A stretch of 61,346 nt of DNA from an uncultured virus (IMG/VR IMGVR_UViG_3300028590_000007) (Duplodnaviria; Heunggongvirae; Uroviricota; Caudoviricetes), in the IMG/VR virus record IMGVR_UViG_3300028590_000007; one strand, 5' to 3'. The notes under the pieces are model-generated. The model saw only the letters and a program-made list of their open reading frames with translations. It did not search any database and had not been told where the DNA came from. Below, piece after piece: positions 46,342 to 55,294 of the stretch (the first letter of the stretch is position 1; each line of letters begins with the position of its first letter). The translations under genes and the position numbers were made by a program.

Positions 46342-48029
46342 TTGCTCTCGCCGTTGTGTAGTTTGAAGATATGCTCCACGTAAGCATGCTTCTCCTTATC
46401 GGGAACCTCGAAGTAGTATTTCACTTCCTCCAGCTTCCGATACGAGTCGTCCCGCTTTTTCTTGAGCCTAGCAAAGTCGATCCTATCCAGTCCTCCCATA
46501 ATCTCCAAAGGAGCACGAGGAGGCGGTGGAACGAATGTAATCATACCGTCTTGAGTCCATTGCTTCAGCCACTTCTTTACCGAGGCTTGCGAAGTATACC
46601 CAAGCTTGTTTGACAGCCAGTCCAAGTCGATTTCAACTGCATTGTCGGAAGTGGCAACACCTCCTTCAGTAATTGCATCGAACCATTGAACCATCCTCTT
46701 GTCCGCTTTGTCTATCTTGTGGAACTTGATGAATGCGGTGGTGCTCTTTTCCTTGGAGCGTCTGATCACATTATCTGAGATCAGTGCTTGGGTAACGGAG
46801 TCGATCATAAAACCGGACACTCCTGAGTTCTTACCAATCGTCTTCCAGTCTGCGTCCACAAAGCCAGATCCGTCTGCCAACTCATCCAGAGCGTTGTACA
46901 TGGCAGTAATGTCTTCCATGGTGGGGTGAGCCATCCTCAAGAAGAAGTCCTGCGTACGTATTGAATCCGGGGACAGGAAGGAATGACACCAAGAGTCATT
47001 CCCATCACGTCCTGCACGTCCCAGTTGCTGCATACAGGCTTCGACTGAACCGGTGATGTCGCGCTCGAAAACGTGACGAACATTCGGTTTGTCGATACCC
47101 ATACCGAATGCGGATGTAGCGAAGATAATACGTGCCTTATCTTCCATCCACATATCTTGGTTGCTCCTCTTGAGAGCAGGGTCCATCTCCCCGTAGTAAT
47201 AGGTGATGGGTTCTTTGATGAAATTCTGTGCAGCGTAAAGAGTTTCCTCAAGTCGGGTGATCGTAGAGAAGTAGACGATACTCGAACCTTGGATTCTCTT
47301 CAGCTTCGAGAACAGTCTAAGGTTTGTCTCACCCTCGTCACATGTCTCACTGGACAGGTGTAGGTTGGTACGCCGAGGGTAATGTAGGACCTTTTCCGCT
47401 TTCCCCAATCCAAGGACCCAGCGGATGTCTTTTTCTACTTCCGGTGGCGCTGTAGCTGTGAAGGCTCCTACCACACGTGGATTGAGACGTTGAATAACAT
47501 CCCCCATAACCTTGTATGAAGGACGGAAGTTATCACACCATGAGCTAAGGCAGTGAGCCTCGTCTAGGAATATCGCGTCGGGCTTTCGTGAGTTGATGGC
47601 AGCCATGAAGATCTCATTTTCGAAGCGTTCCGGTGCTACGAAAAGGATACTGGTCTTACCATCCACCCACCGTTTCATTGCTTCCAGATTCTCACCCTCG
47701 GTTTGGGTGCTGGAGATCTGATCCGATGAGATACCTTTGTTCCAACATGATTTCACTTGATCACGCATAAGAGCCGTCAGAGGTGAAACCACAATACTGT
47801 GCCAACCGTGACACAGTGTGGGCGTAATGTAGCAGGCTGACTTACCCAGCGAAGTAGGCAAGATACAGACCGTGTCCATACACGCCAGCAAGTTCATAAC
47901 CACGCGGTCCTGACCCGCACGCAGTTTTTCAAAGCCAAGGATGGAAAGTACTTCAGGCAGCTTGTTAAGGCCATCTTGATACATCTCCAGATCAGGGATG
48001 CTTTTTCTTTCAGAGAATCTTTCTGCCAT
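46338..48029 (-). CDS. recQ: RecQ-family DNA helicase
   Basis: LPTSLGKS, VSPLTALMRDQV, FVAPER, DEAHCLSSW..FRPSY, TATA, ATSAFGMGIDKPNVR, QQLGRAGRDG. Confidence 0.95.
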   Translation of the reverse strand: MAERFSERKSIPDLEMYQDGLNKLPEVLSILGFEKLRAGQDRVVMNLLACMDTVCILPTSLGKSACYITPTLCHGWHSIVVSPLTALMRDQVKSCWNKGISSDQISSTQTEGENLEAMKRWVDGKTSILFVAPERFENEIFMAAINSRKPDAIFLDEAHCLSSWCDNFRPSYKVMGDVIQRLNPRVVGAFTATAPPEVEKDIRWVLGLGKAEKVLHYPRRTNLHLSSETCDEGETNLRLFSKLKRIQGSSIVYFSTITRLEETLYAAQNFIKEPITYYYGEMDPALKRSNQDMWMEDKARIIFATSAFGMGIDKPNVRHVFERDITGSVEACMQQLGRAGRDGNDSWCHSFLSPDSIRTQDFFLRMAHPTMEDITAMYNALDELADGSGFVDADWKTIGKNSGVSGFMIDSVTQALISDNVIRRSKEKSTTAFIKFHKIDKADKRMVQWFDAITEGGVATSDNAVEIDLDWLSNKLGYTSQASVKKWLKQWTQDGMITFVPPPPRAPLEIMGGLDRIDFARLKKKRDDSYRKLEEVKYYFEVPDKEKHAYVEHIFKLHNGESK

Positions 48030-48045
48030 TATTTGTTTGGTCTTA

Positions 48046-48468
48046 TTAGACGAAGACCCAGTCCTCGTCAATCACACTGGTGGTATACGATGGTTTTGGA
48101 TCAATGTAGTTACCCAAGAAATGTTTCCTAAATATAAGCATGTATACAGTGGACGTCGGCATGTGACTGGAGTTACTGGGACCGAGGAATCGCGCCCTGC
48201 CAGTAGCTTCGTCTAGCACAGTACACGCTCTGGAAATGTCTGCGTGGGGCATTACCCTGTTGAGGATTTTATCCGCCTCCGTCAGATTCCATTTAGGCAT
48301 ATTGTCCGGTGGAGGGTTTTTGGAGCTTGGTGCGAGTTTGTAAATCTCTTCCAAGGTTTCACATGCGTCCTCAGGTTCGAATTTATAGGTCCTTGAACCT
48401 GAAAGACTGTAGAGAGTTCCGATGCCTGCGTGATACAAAACTGGAATTAAAAGTGCTGACATACTCAT
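48046..48468 (-). CDS. hypothetical protein with divergent C-terminal tag (SVIDEDWVFV)
   Basis: ATG 48468 is ATGA-coupled to the upstream gene. Confidence 0.75.
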   Translation of the reverse strand: MSMSALLIPVLYHAGIGTLYSLSGSRTYKFEPEDACETLEEIYKLAPSSKNPPPDNMPKWNLTEADKILNRVMPHADISRACTVLDEATGRARFLGPSNSSHMPTSTVYMLIFRKHFLGNYIDPKPSYTTSVIDEDWVFV

Positions 48469-48884
48469 ACGAAAATATATTCTTCGGTTATTGGTTCGGT
48501 TGTTGGTTCTATTGTGGTGAAGTCGTTGCAGTGTCCTACGTCTTTCATCATAATGGCGAAAGCAAGGGCACCCCATGTAATACTCTGCGATCCTGCGGAA
48601 TTGAGATACATCTTCTTCATGGAAGCAGGCATATGGTCCTCTTCGAACTCCTTTGCAACCGCCAGTATATTTCCGGCATGCCCCCAAATATCGTAAGACA
48701 GATCCAGAATTTTATTCACGCACGCATTAATGTTCATGAGGACATCCTCTAGTGGAACAGTGTGCTTGTCAGGTTGAATGACTACTCCGTCTGGTTCTCT
48801 GGCTATGTGCGCAAATCCGGGGATGTACACATCAGTCCAGTGCCTCTTGGGTCTACCTTCTTTGGGCTTATGGTACGGTATCAT
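48465..48884 (-). CDS. MIPYH-family protein with C-terminal EPITEEYIFV tag
   Basis: 139 aa; paralog of 48881..49288. Confidence 0.85.
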   Translation of the reverse strand: MIPYHKPKEGRPKRHWTDVYIPGFAHIAREPDGVVIQPDKHTVPLEDVLMNINACVNKILDLSYDIWGHAGNILAVAKEFEEDHMPASMKKMYLNSAGSQSITWGALAFAIMMKDVGHCNDFTTIEPTTEPITEEYIFV

Positions 48885-49288
48885 ACGAATACGTATTCCT
48901 CGGTTACTGGTTCCAGAACAGAGGCAGTTATCACTGAATCACCTAAGTAACCATTATAATGCCCCGTAGCTTTTTCCATTATTTCCAAGGGTAAGATTGA
49001 CCAAATGGAACCTCTACTTGCCTCTATGTACTCAGGTGTAAGTACGCCTGAAGAATTAAAAGCACTGGAGGCATCTACGATTTGGCCTACAGTACCGTAG
49101 ACTGCGTAGAACAGGTCATGCATCTGCCCTGACTGGTGGCCGAGCGCCTCTACCACCTGTTTGATGGTTCCCGGTTCGGCTGGCTCTATCCTAATACCTT
49201 CCTTTTCGTAAATTACCTTACCGTAGTAAGGAATAGAGAAAGATGGGTAAGTGCGGTAGCTAGCAGATCTGCTGTGGTACGGTATCAT
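48881..49288 (-). CDS. MIPYH-family protein with C-terminal EPVTEEYVFV tag
   Basis: 135 aa; paralog of 48465..48884. Confidence 0.85.
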   Translation of the reverse strand: MIPYHSRSASYRTYPSFSIPYYGKVIYEKEGIRIEPAEPGTIKQVVEALGHQSGQMHDLFYAVYGTVGQIVDASSAFNSSGVLTPEYIEASRGSIWSILPLEIMEKATGHYNGYLGDSVITASVLEPVTEEYVFV

Positions 49289-49851
49289 ACGAATACATAT
49301 TCCTCGGTTATGGGTTCGGTGGGCGCGTCAAAGAATTCATCCGCAAAGAAAACACCGCAGATGCGCTTGCGAGTGTAAGCCACCATAGAGCTATCGAAGT
49401 GAGTAAATGTTCCCGCCTTTCTACGTAGATTAATCTCAACCTGATAAGCATGATAGTATGCGGTCATGATGTTGTCATGATGCACACTGGCGGTATCAAA
49501 TACCTTCCTGAACATCTTCTCCATAGCCCTTGTTTTCTTGGACATAGCGGAGATGCTGAGTGTAGACATTTCCTCTAACTTCAGGAACTCCGCCAGATAG
49601 GCTCTGTCTGGGTTCTTGGGAAGGGCCAGAAGTTCTGGAGGTGTGTAGACAGAGTCGTATTCCTCTTCCTCTTCATCCTCATCATACACGTCAAGCTCGT
49701 CATCATAATCGTCGTCTTCGTATTCCTCGGTATTGTCTTCGTCCATTGGTTCTTGGGTTGCTATTGTTGTGGTTGTCTCGCGATATGCCCAAGTGCCTTC
49801 CAACATTATCGTATCTTCTCTTCTGGTTAGGATTTCTAGCTCCATGGGCAT
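49285..49851 (-). CDS. acidic protein with C-terminal EPITEEYVFV tag
   Basis: 188 aa ORF. Confidence 0.85.
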   Translation of the reverse strand: MPMELEILTRREDTIMLEGTWAYRETTTTIATQEPMDEDNTEEYEDDDYDDELDVYDEDEEEEEYDSVYTPPELLALPKNPDRAYLAEFLKLEEMSTLSISAMSKKTRAMEKMFRKVFDTASVHHDNIMTAYYHAYQVEINLRRKAGTFTHFDSSMVAYTRKRICGVFFADEFFDAPTEPITEEYVFV

Positions 49852-49866
49852 ATTTGTTGTGGTTGT

Positions 49867-50853
49867 TTAGATGAAGGTCATTTCCTCATCGATAGGTTCG
49901 AGACACTTCGGATCTACCGAGGTGTCTACTGCTGCCTTTGCCTTTTTACCGAATACTTGGCCGTACAGATTCCTGTTACCTTCGCCGATGAGTGCGTCTC
50001 GTAGCACTGAATTCATCATCTCGTCTAAATTTCGCATGTAAGCCTCGCGGTCGCGATTGGCTTGTGCGAGTTCTTCATCGGTTGGTGCACGAACTTCACG
50101 AACCTGCACTCCAACCGGTCTACCGAAGCGATCCAGTTGGTACGTAGGAGCATAAGTGTGGTCGGTAGGTAATACTGTGTTAGCATTAACCGTAGCGCCC
50201 TCATTGTTCAAAGCTTCCGCAGCAGCTACGCCCGCATCGTACGCTTCTCGTGCTATACGATCTGCAGGAACAGCTACGAACGTAGGGGGTTCTGCAAACG
50301 TTGCTGGAGGGTAAGCATAGTGGTTAGTAGGTCGAATCCAGCCTCGTCCTTGCGTGGGAGGTGCAGGGACTGCAGGGGCACCCTCAGGTTCGTCCATAGC
50401 GCGTGCTGTCTGCTCTAATAACTCCTGCACCTCGTTCGTAACCCGCATAGCTTCCACATGTTGTCGCGCAATGCCTGCCCAGTTGACCGTTGTATGTCCC
50501 ACGGTTTCCGTCGTGACGGTTCCTCCGTTATTCACCGATACATTGTTACCATGGGCATCGTTGATATGGACGGCACCGCCCGCTGGGTATGTTACCCGCA
50601 GTGTATCGGTGTTACTCATCCACTCGACGGGCATCTGTGTTGTTGTCATGTAACGCTGATACAAGGCATCGTCCGTAGGGCTTGCATATACTTGGTACCC
50701 GGTTGCTGTGTTGTAATCAGCTGCAGTATGGGTATGGGCACGGAGTGCGCGACCTACCATTTGAATATCTTCATTCATATAACGTGTATACGTATTTTCT
50801 AAGTGCTTCCTGCGTATCAGTTTCTCCAGTGATGTCTTGCAGGAATTTGACAT
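49867..50853 (-). CDS. low-complexity protein with C-terminal EPIDEEMTFI tag (start uncertain)
   Basis: Up to 328 aa. Confidence 0.8.
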   Translation of the reverse strand: MSNSCKTSLEKLIRRKHLENTYTRYMNEDIQMVGRALRAHTHTAADYNTATGYQVYASPTDDALYQRYMTTTQMPVEWMSNTDTLRVTYPAGGAVHINDAHGNNVSVNNGGTVTTETVGHTTVNWAGIARQHVEAMRVTNEVQELLEQTARAMDEPEGAPAVPAPPTQGRGWIRPTNHYAYPPATFAEPPTFVAVPADRIAREAYDAGVAAAEALNNEGATVNANTVLPTDHTYAPTYQLDRFGRPVGVQVREVRAPTDEELAQANRDREAYMRNLDEMMNSVLRDALIGEGNRNLYGQVFGKKAKAAVDTSVDPKCLEPIDEEMTFI

Positions 50854-51289
50854 TCACGTTTTTCCGGTCCTCCATGCTGACCACGCGGGCATCAGGGAAG
50901 AACAGATTGGTTAAGTTGCATATGCGTATGTTTGTAGGCACGTAGAAGCTCTTGGTTCCGCTGACTATGTTGGCATGTTCCATAATCAAGCGTAAGACCT
51001 TCTCAGGATGTGCTGTACAAACTACCGCACTTTTGGATTCATCTGCTATCTGCTGTAACCATCCGGTTAGCTGACCTGCAATTAGAATCGAAAAGTCGAA
51101 GTAGTTGGTTTTCTTTACCACTTCGACCGTCTTGGGAACATAGGGTATCAAGGTCTTCACTCCTTCATACGACATGTCCATCACTTTGGCTAATGTAAGT
51201 CCATTACCCTCCCTGTACGCTTCGTACGCACAGAGAGGATAGAATGGTTCACCGCCAAGTGTGATTTCAGCGGTGTATATGGGGATCAT
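50771..51289 (-). CDS. hypothetical protein
   Basis: 172 aa ORF, TAATG-coupled. Confidence 0.75.
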   Translation of the reverse strand: MIPIYTAEITLGGEPFYPLCAYEAYREGNGLTLAKVMDMSYEGVKTLIPYVPKTVEVVKKTNYFDFSILIAGQLTGWLQQIADESKSAVVCTAHPEKVLRLIMEHANIVSGTKSFYVPTNIRICNLTNLFFPDARVVSMEDRKNVNVKFLQDITGETDTQEALRKYVYTLYE

Positions 51290-51528
51290 TATACTTCCTC
51301 GTCGGCAAGCAAGCCGCGATTGATCATCTCCTTTTGTAGGGCGAACATCCGGTGAAGCCTACGGGATTCAATCCTATAGGCGCTCTTCAGGTGATCATCC
51401 TCCATCTTGGAGACTTGTATGGTTCTTTCATCCTTGGTGCTCCATAGAACATCATCGGGATCACATCGCTTACAAGCTAGTCTTGCCAAACACATGGCAA
51501 ATCTGAATACAAAATTTTGACTTTTCAT
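51289..51528 (-). CDS. small conserved phage protein (WxTxD...MxDxHL)
   Basis: ATG 51528 follows a hairpin. Confidence 0.65.
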   Translation of the reverse strand: MKSQNFVFRFAMCLARLACKRCDPDDVLWSTKDERTIQVSKMEDDHLKSAYRIESRRLHRMFALQKEMINRGLLADEEV

Positions 51529-51604
51529 TTTTAACAGCAGAAAGGCCCCGGGGTTACCGGAGCCTTCCATCAGATCGTTAGATCCGTATATTTATCTTCC
51601 TTGT

Positions 51605-52075
51605 TTATAGCATCGCCAACCCGATACGACTCTTCTCATGAACGGAGTACCCTCTCGCAAGATTGGGATACTTCTTTCTGAGAACCTTGATCGTATCTCG
51701 GGTAACTAGAACGAGAGTGTAGGGGTTACGAATCTCGTAATGTACGTCTTTGTTATCATACGCATAACGCATGACCGGGTGCATAATAATGACGTCACCT
51801 TCTTTGAGACCTCTATTGGATACATTACCTATTACTGCCCGACCATGCTCCTCACCGAAGTGCATGTACAGGTCCAGACCTCGTGACATTTCGAGATCGA
51901 ATTCAGCAAGCGGTACTTTGGATGGAATATGGAAGTAGTCTTTGTCAGCACGACGTTCCGCAGGCGTCGACTTAGAAGTTACTTCGGTCAGTTTCTTGTT
52001 ATCCCAAGCTATGTCTGGCGATAAAGTCAGAAAATTAGCATAGCCTGTGAATGTCTCTTTAATCAGCTTTCGCAT
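51605..52075 (-). CDS. hypothetical protein
   Basis: 156 aa ORF. Confidence 0.75.
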   Translation of the reverse strand: MRKLIKETFTGYANFLTLSPDIAWDNKKLTEVTSKSTPAERRADKDYFHIPSKVPLAEFDLEMSRGLDLYMHFGEEHGRAVIGNVSNRGLKEGDVIIMHPVMRYAYDNKDVHYEIRNPYTLVLVTRDTIKVLRKKYPNLARGYSVHEKSRIGLAML

Positions 52076-52518
52076 ATAACATCGGCGGATGACGCCGTTC
52101 TATTCAAAAATGCATGTAGTGGATAAATATAGTATACCCCGTTTGTCGAGGGGTACGCTATCGAAGAGCAACCTTGTTTCAGGTCGATGTTCTCTCCGTC
52201 ATGTTCCTGTGGAACCAATATGAAGCCCGAGTGTCGAGGATGCATAAGAGGATCGAAGGCGATCAATGTTCGGTCTTCGTAAATCTCATGCCACTCATCG
52301 ATTACCTTGGAAGGTTTCGGACTCATCAACTCCTGAAACAGAGGAATCTTCTCCTCTACAAGAACCTTAACACTCAAGGCGGTGCTGAGAGGGTTGTCTT
52401 CCCTGTCATCAATTTCCTTGAATGCGTCATACAGATTATCCGAATAGATTTTGCCAACATACGGTTTGAGTCTTTGGATGATCTCCTTAGCCTCCCAAAT
52501 CCGAATCTGCTTCGCCAT
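52063..52518 (-). CDS. hypothetical protein
   Basis: 151 aa ORF. Confidence 0.75.
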   Translation of the reverse strand: MAKQIRIWEAKEIIQRLKPYVGKIYSDNLYDAFKEIDDREDNPLSTALSVKVLVEEKIPLFQELMSPKPSKVIDEWHEIYEDRTLIAFDPLMHPRHSGFILVPQEHDGENIDLKQGCSSIAYPSTNGVYYIYPLHAFLNRTASSADVICES

Positions 52519-53929
52519 TACTTACCTCCTGTGTTCCCCACTCATCTTCTTCTCCCCAGTCGTTGCCGTCCTGAAGAGATTCGCCAATGGAACCCTCAAT
52601 AGTCTCAAGTGGATCATGGTAGCCTTGAATCTTGAGATTCTTGGCTGTCTGGTCCAGTATATCCGTGTCGGCGTGCAGCGCCCTGTAGAACTCCGTGTAG
52701 GTTGCCCCTGTGAGTTCCAGTACTGGTGCGCTGATACGTCTCAACTTGATACTGCAGTCTATTGCCTTGTTTTCCGCCAACCATTCAGCGTTGTACCGAT
52801 CAAAGCGAATCACCCGGTCAAGGTAACCTTCGCTCTTATCAGATGCCGGAATATCGACGTACTTGTCGTTATGTAGGTCGTACTCGATCACACGGGACTC
52901 GGCGCCCCATGAGTTCTTATGCATACGTGCCCTGATTGTCTTACCAACGGTGTCTCCGCCAGAGTTCTTAACCAGACCCTTACGGGACAGTAGAATCTGC
53001 ATGGAGTCCAGCTGGTTGAATGCCTTACCACCCACCTTGGTGACGTTGAACAGGGCAGCAGCATCGGCGGCAAGCTGAGGACCGCCCTTACCAGACATGT
53101 CCACCTTGTCGTTTTGGTGCTGAATCAGAAACAACGTAACATTGTTTTCACCCAGAATGTACGGAAGTCGACGTACCATACGGTGGGCCGCTTTAGCGTG
53201 ACCCATGTTGGAGTGGTCGATGATGTCTTTCTGTTTGTCGCTCATGTTGTCTCCGAAGTCGTAGAAGCCCTGTGCCTCGTCTTGAGACATCAGCTTACCC
53301 CACGGGTCGATGACAGCGATGAGCGGGACATGCATAGGGATGGAAACCGAAGCCTTCCGACCTCCGGTTTGCTTACCTCGCATGACCTCAATCCAGTCGA
53401 TCAGCTTCTGATAACTCTCCACAACCGACCGTGCCGTGTCATAGTGAAGGGCCTTTACCAGTCGCTTGGCCATTGCTGGATTTGAATGCATGATACGAGC
53501 CACATGGTTTTTACGCAGGGGCTTGTTCTCACATTCTTGGTGATAAACAGGTGAACCGTTAAGAAGGGCTACGCCTTCCAGATAGTGCACCAAGGAACTT
53601 TTACCAGTACCTTCCGCACCGATAATCTCAATCAGACCGCCACTGGGGAAGCCCGGATTATCGAACAGGTACTTGAGAGGGAGGTCGTGGACAGGAATCA
53701 TTTCCCGTTCGACATCTCCGAATGATTTGAATTGTGTCGGTTTGTTCTTTCGGCGTGCGCTCAAGGTGTGAATCGTTTCCTGCACCTTTTCGCTAACCTC
53801 ATCCGCATGATCTAGGAAGCTGTATCCGTAAATAGATTCCGCTTTCTGAGCCGGTTTCTTTACAGCCTTGACTTCTTTAACTTCTTGAATTTCATCAGTT
53901 TGTGTGTCTTCTTTCTTCTTTCTTGCCAT
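52487..53929 (-). CDS. divergent RecA/UvsX-like recombinase
   Basis: GFPSGGLIEIIGAEGTGKSS (Walker A), IAVID (Walker B), LFLIQHQ, GGKAF, KN; lies next to SSB and polymerase genes. Confidence 0.85.
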   Translation of the reverse strand: MARKKKEDTQTDEIQEVKEVKAVKKPAQKAESIYGYSFLDHADEVSEKVQETIHTLSARRKNKPTQFKSFGDVEREMIPVHDLPLKYLFDNPGFPSGGLIEIIGAEGTGKSSLVHYLEGVALLNGSPVYHQECENKPLRKNHVARIMHSNPAMAKRLVKALHYDTARSVVESYQKLIDWIEVMRGKQTGGRKASVSIPMHVPLIAVIDPWGKLMSQDEAQGFYDFGDNMSDKQKDIIDHSNMGHAKAAHRMVRRLPYILGENNVTLFLIQHQNDKVDMSGKGGPQLAADAAALFNVTKVGGKAFNQLDSMQILLSRKGLVKNSGGDTVGKTIRARMHKNSWGAESRVIEYDLHNDKYVDIPASDKSEGYLDRVIRFDRYNAEWLAENKAIDCSIKLRRISAPVLELTGATYTEFYRALHADTDILDQTAKNLKIQGYHDPLETIEGSIGESLQDGNDWGEEDEWGTQEVSNGEADSDLGG

Positions 53930-53943
53930 ATTATACAGTTGTA

Positions 53944-53974
53944 GAGGAGGGGCAGTATAACACCGCCCCTCCTC
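53944..53974 (-). terminator. GC-rich hairpin after the SSB gene
   Basis: gaggaggggc/gcccctcctc stem; weak U-tract. Confidence 0.5.
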
Positions 53975-53981
53975 CGGTCAA

Positions 53982-55280
53982 TTATTCAACCGCTGCTTCT
54001 TTCTTCTTTTTGGCAAGGGTGAAGTACTGGACCATGGCTTGTGCGCCGAGATCACTGATTCGCCCATTGTCAAAAGCGTCCTGAAGTTCGGCAAAGGTTG
54101 CCTCTTCTTCATCCGTAAGTCCGGAGATAGTGGCTGCAACTTTGGTTGCCGTTTCCTTGGGTCCCTTGTCCGTTGCGTGGGACATAGGGATGTCGTCATC
54201 ATCATCCACAGGGGCGGAACTCTTGAATTGCGTTGGGGGTCTACGCGCCTCAGAGGCTTCCTGTACCGGTGGTTGTCGCTTGGTGGTGTCTTTGTATTGT
54301 GCCGTACGCTCTGGTACCTGCACATAGTCACCGCAAGCTTCTTTAATCAGTTCCACAGGTAGATCGGTTTCCTCAATGAGGTAAGTGACGATCTCATGTG
54401 CGGAAGGAATATACATGGTGTTCTCGAAGTCGAGGAACCGAGTACGGTTTACAAGTGCTTCAGGGGGAACCGCGATAGCTTCATGACCTTTGAGGAAGTC
54501 CTCTTGGGTACTGAAGATCATGGTGTTGGCTGGCTTGCCTGCGCCTTTGGCCGCGCCTACTGCTTTCTGCGTGGACCAAGCATTGAGACCAGTCTTTGGA
54601 TCAGTAACATCACCAAGGAGATAGTCAGGCCAGTTCGCGTCGTGGTATGCTGGGTTACCGCGAGGCCCTTTGTTAAGAGCATCTTGGATCAGCGAGAATC
54701 CACCTTGCGACAAACCAAGCAGGAAGTTCTGCGCGACTTGTTCTTCATCATCTTTCACCGTGTAGGTACCGAAGAAGTTACACAGACCGATCTTCTGAGG
54801 CATCGTCAGCAGACGTTTCTCACTTGAGTTGAAGACGGTGTGATAAGAGAGGTGTTTCCACTTCTCATCATTTCGGACCATATAGTTCATTCTATCCAGA
54901 GGATCGAAAGAGTCTGCTCGGGTTTCCGCGATACCAAGTGCTCGCTTGGTACGCGGCGAGAAGAAGCTCCGGTTCTCTGGACCCCAGAATCGATAAACTT
55001 CGAATTCTGCATAGTACCACCAGTTGAAATGCGGATGTCCCGAAGAGGAAATCGCTTCTGCATCTCGATACGGGAGGTACGAGGTTTGGAACGCTTCATC
55101 AGTAAGTGGTAGAGTGTGATCAAAGGCAGGAAGAATCCGACCTTCGACTTTGTTTTTCTCTGACGGGAAAACGATCTTCACATTCTCTTTCTTCGAGAAG
55201 ATTACTCTTCCTCCGAAAGTGGGATCGTTTTTGTTCACTTGCTTTTCAGGTTCTTCGCCGGGACGTGTACGAGGAGTCAT
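53982..55280 (-). CDS. putative single-stranded DNA-binding protein
   Basis: Between polymerase and recombinase; N-terminal GRILP and late DDDDDIPM acidic motif, as in gp32-like SSBs. Confidence 0.5.
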   Translation of the reverse strand: MTPRTRPGEEPEKQVNKNDPTFGGRVIFSKKENVKIVFPSEKNKVEGRILPAFDHTLPLTDEAFQTSYLPYRDAEAISSSGHPHFNWWYYAEFEVYRFWGPENRSFFSPRTKRALGIAETRADSFDPLDRMNYMVRNDEKWKHLSYHTVFNSSEKRLLTMPQKIGLCNFFGTYTVKDDEEQVAQNFLLGLSQGGFSLIQDALNKGPRGNPAYHDANWPDYLLGDVTDPKTGLNAWSTQKAVGAAKGAGKPANTMIFSTQEDFLKGHEAIAVPPEALVNRTRFLDFENTMYIPSAHEIVTYLIEETDLPVELIKEACGDYVQVPERTAQYKDTTKRQPPVQEASEARRPPTQFKSSAPVDDDDDIPMSHATDKGPKETATKVAATISGLTDEEEATFAELQDAFDNGRISDLGAQAMVQYFTLAKKKKEAAVE

Positions 55281-55294
55281 ATTTGCTTTATTAC

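Noticed and set aside
48881..49310. Tag conservation explained solely as a Shine-Dalgarno (GAGGA) for the next gene
   Set aside because: The copy at 48465 uses GAAGAA, spacing to ATG is long, and SD motifs are scarce elsewhere; a minor contribution cannot be excluded.
48460..49320. Repeated ~35-bp sequence as a CRISPR array or attC sites
   Set aside because: Spacing is ~400 bp, the repeats are coding, degenerate at synonymous positions and non-palindromic; no cas or integrase gene is present.
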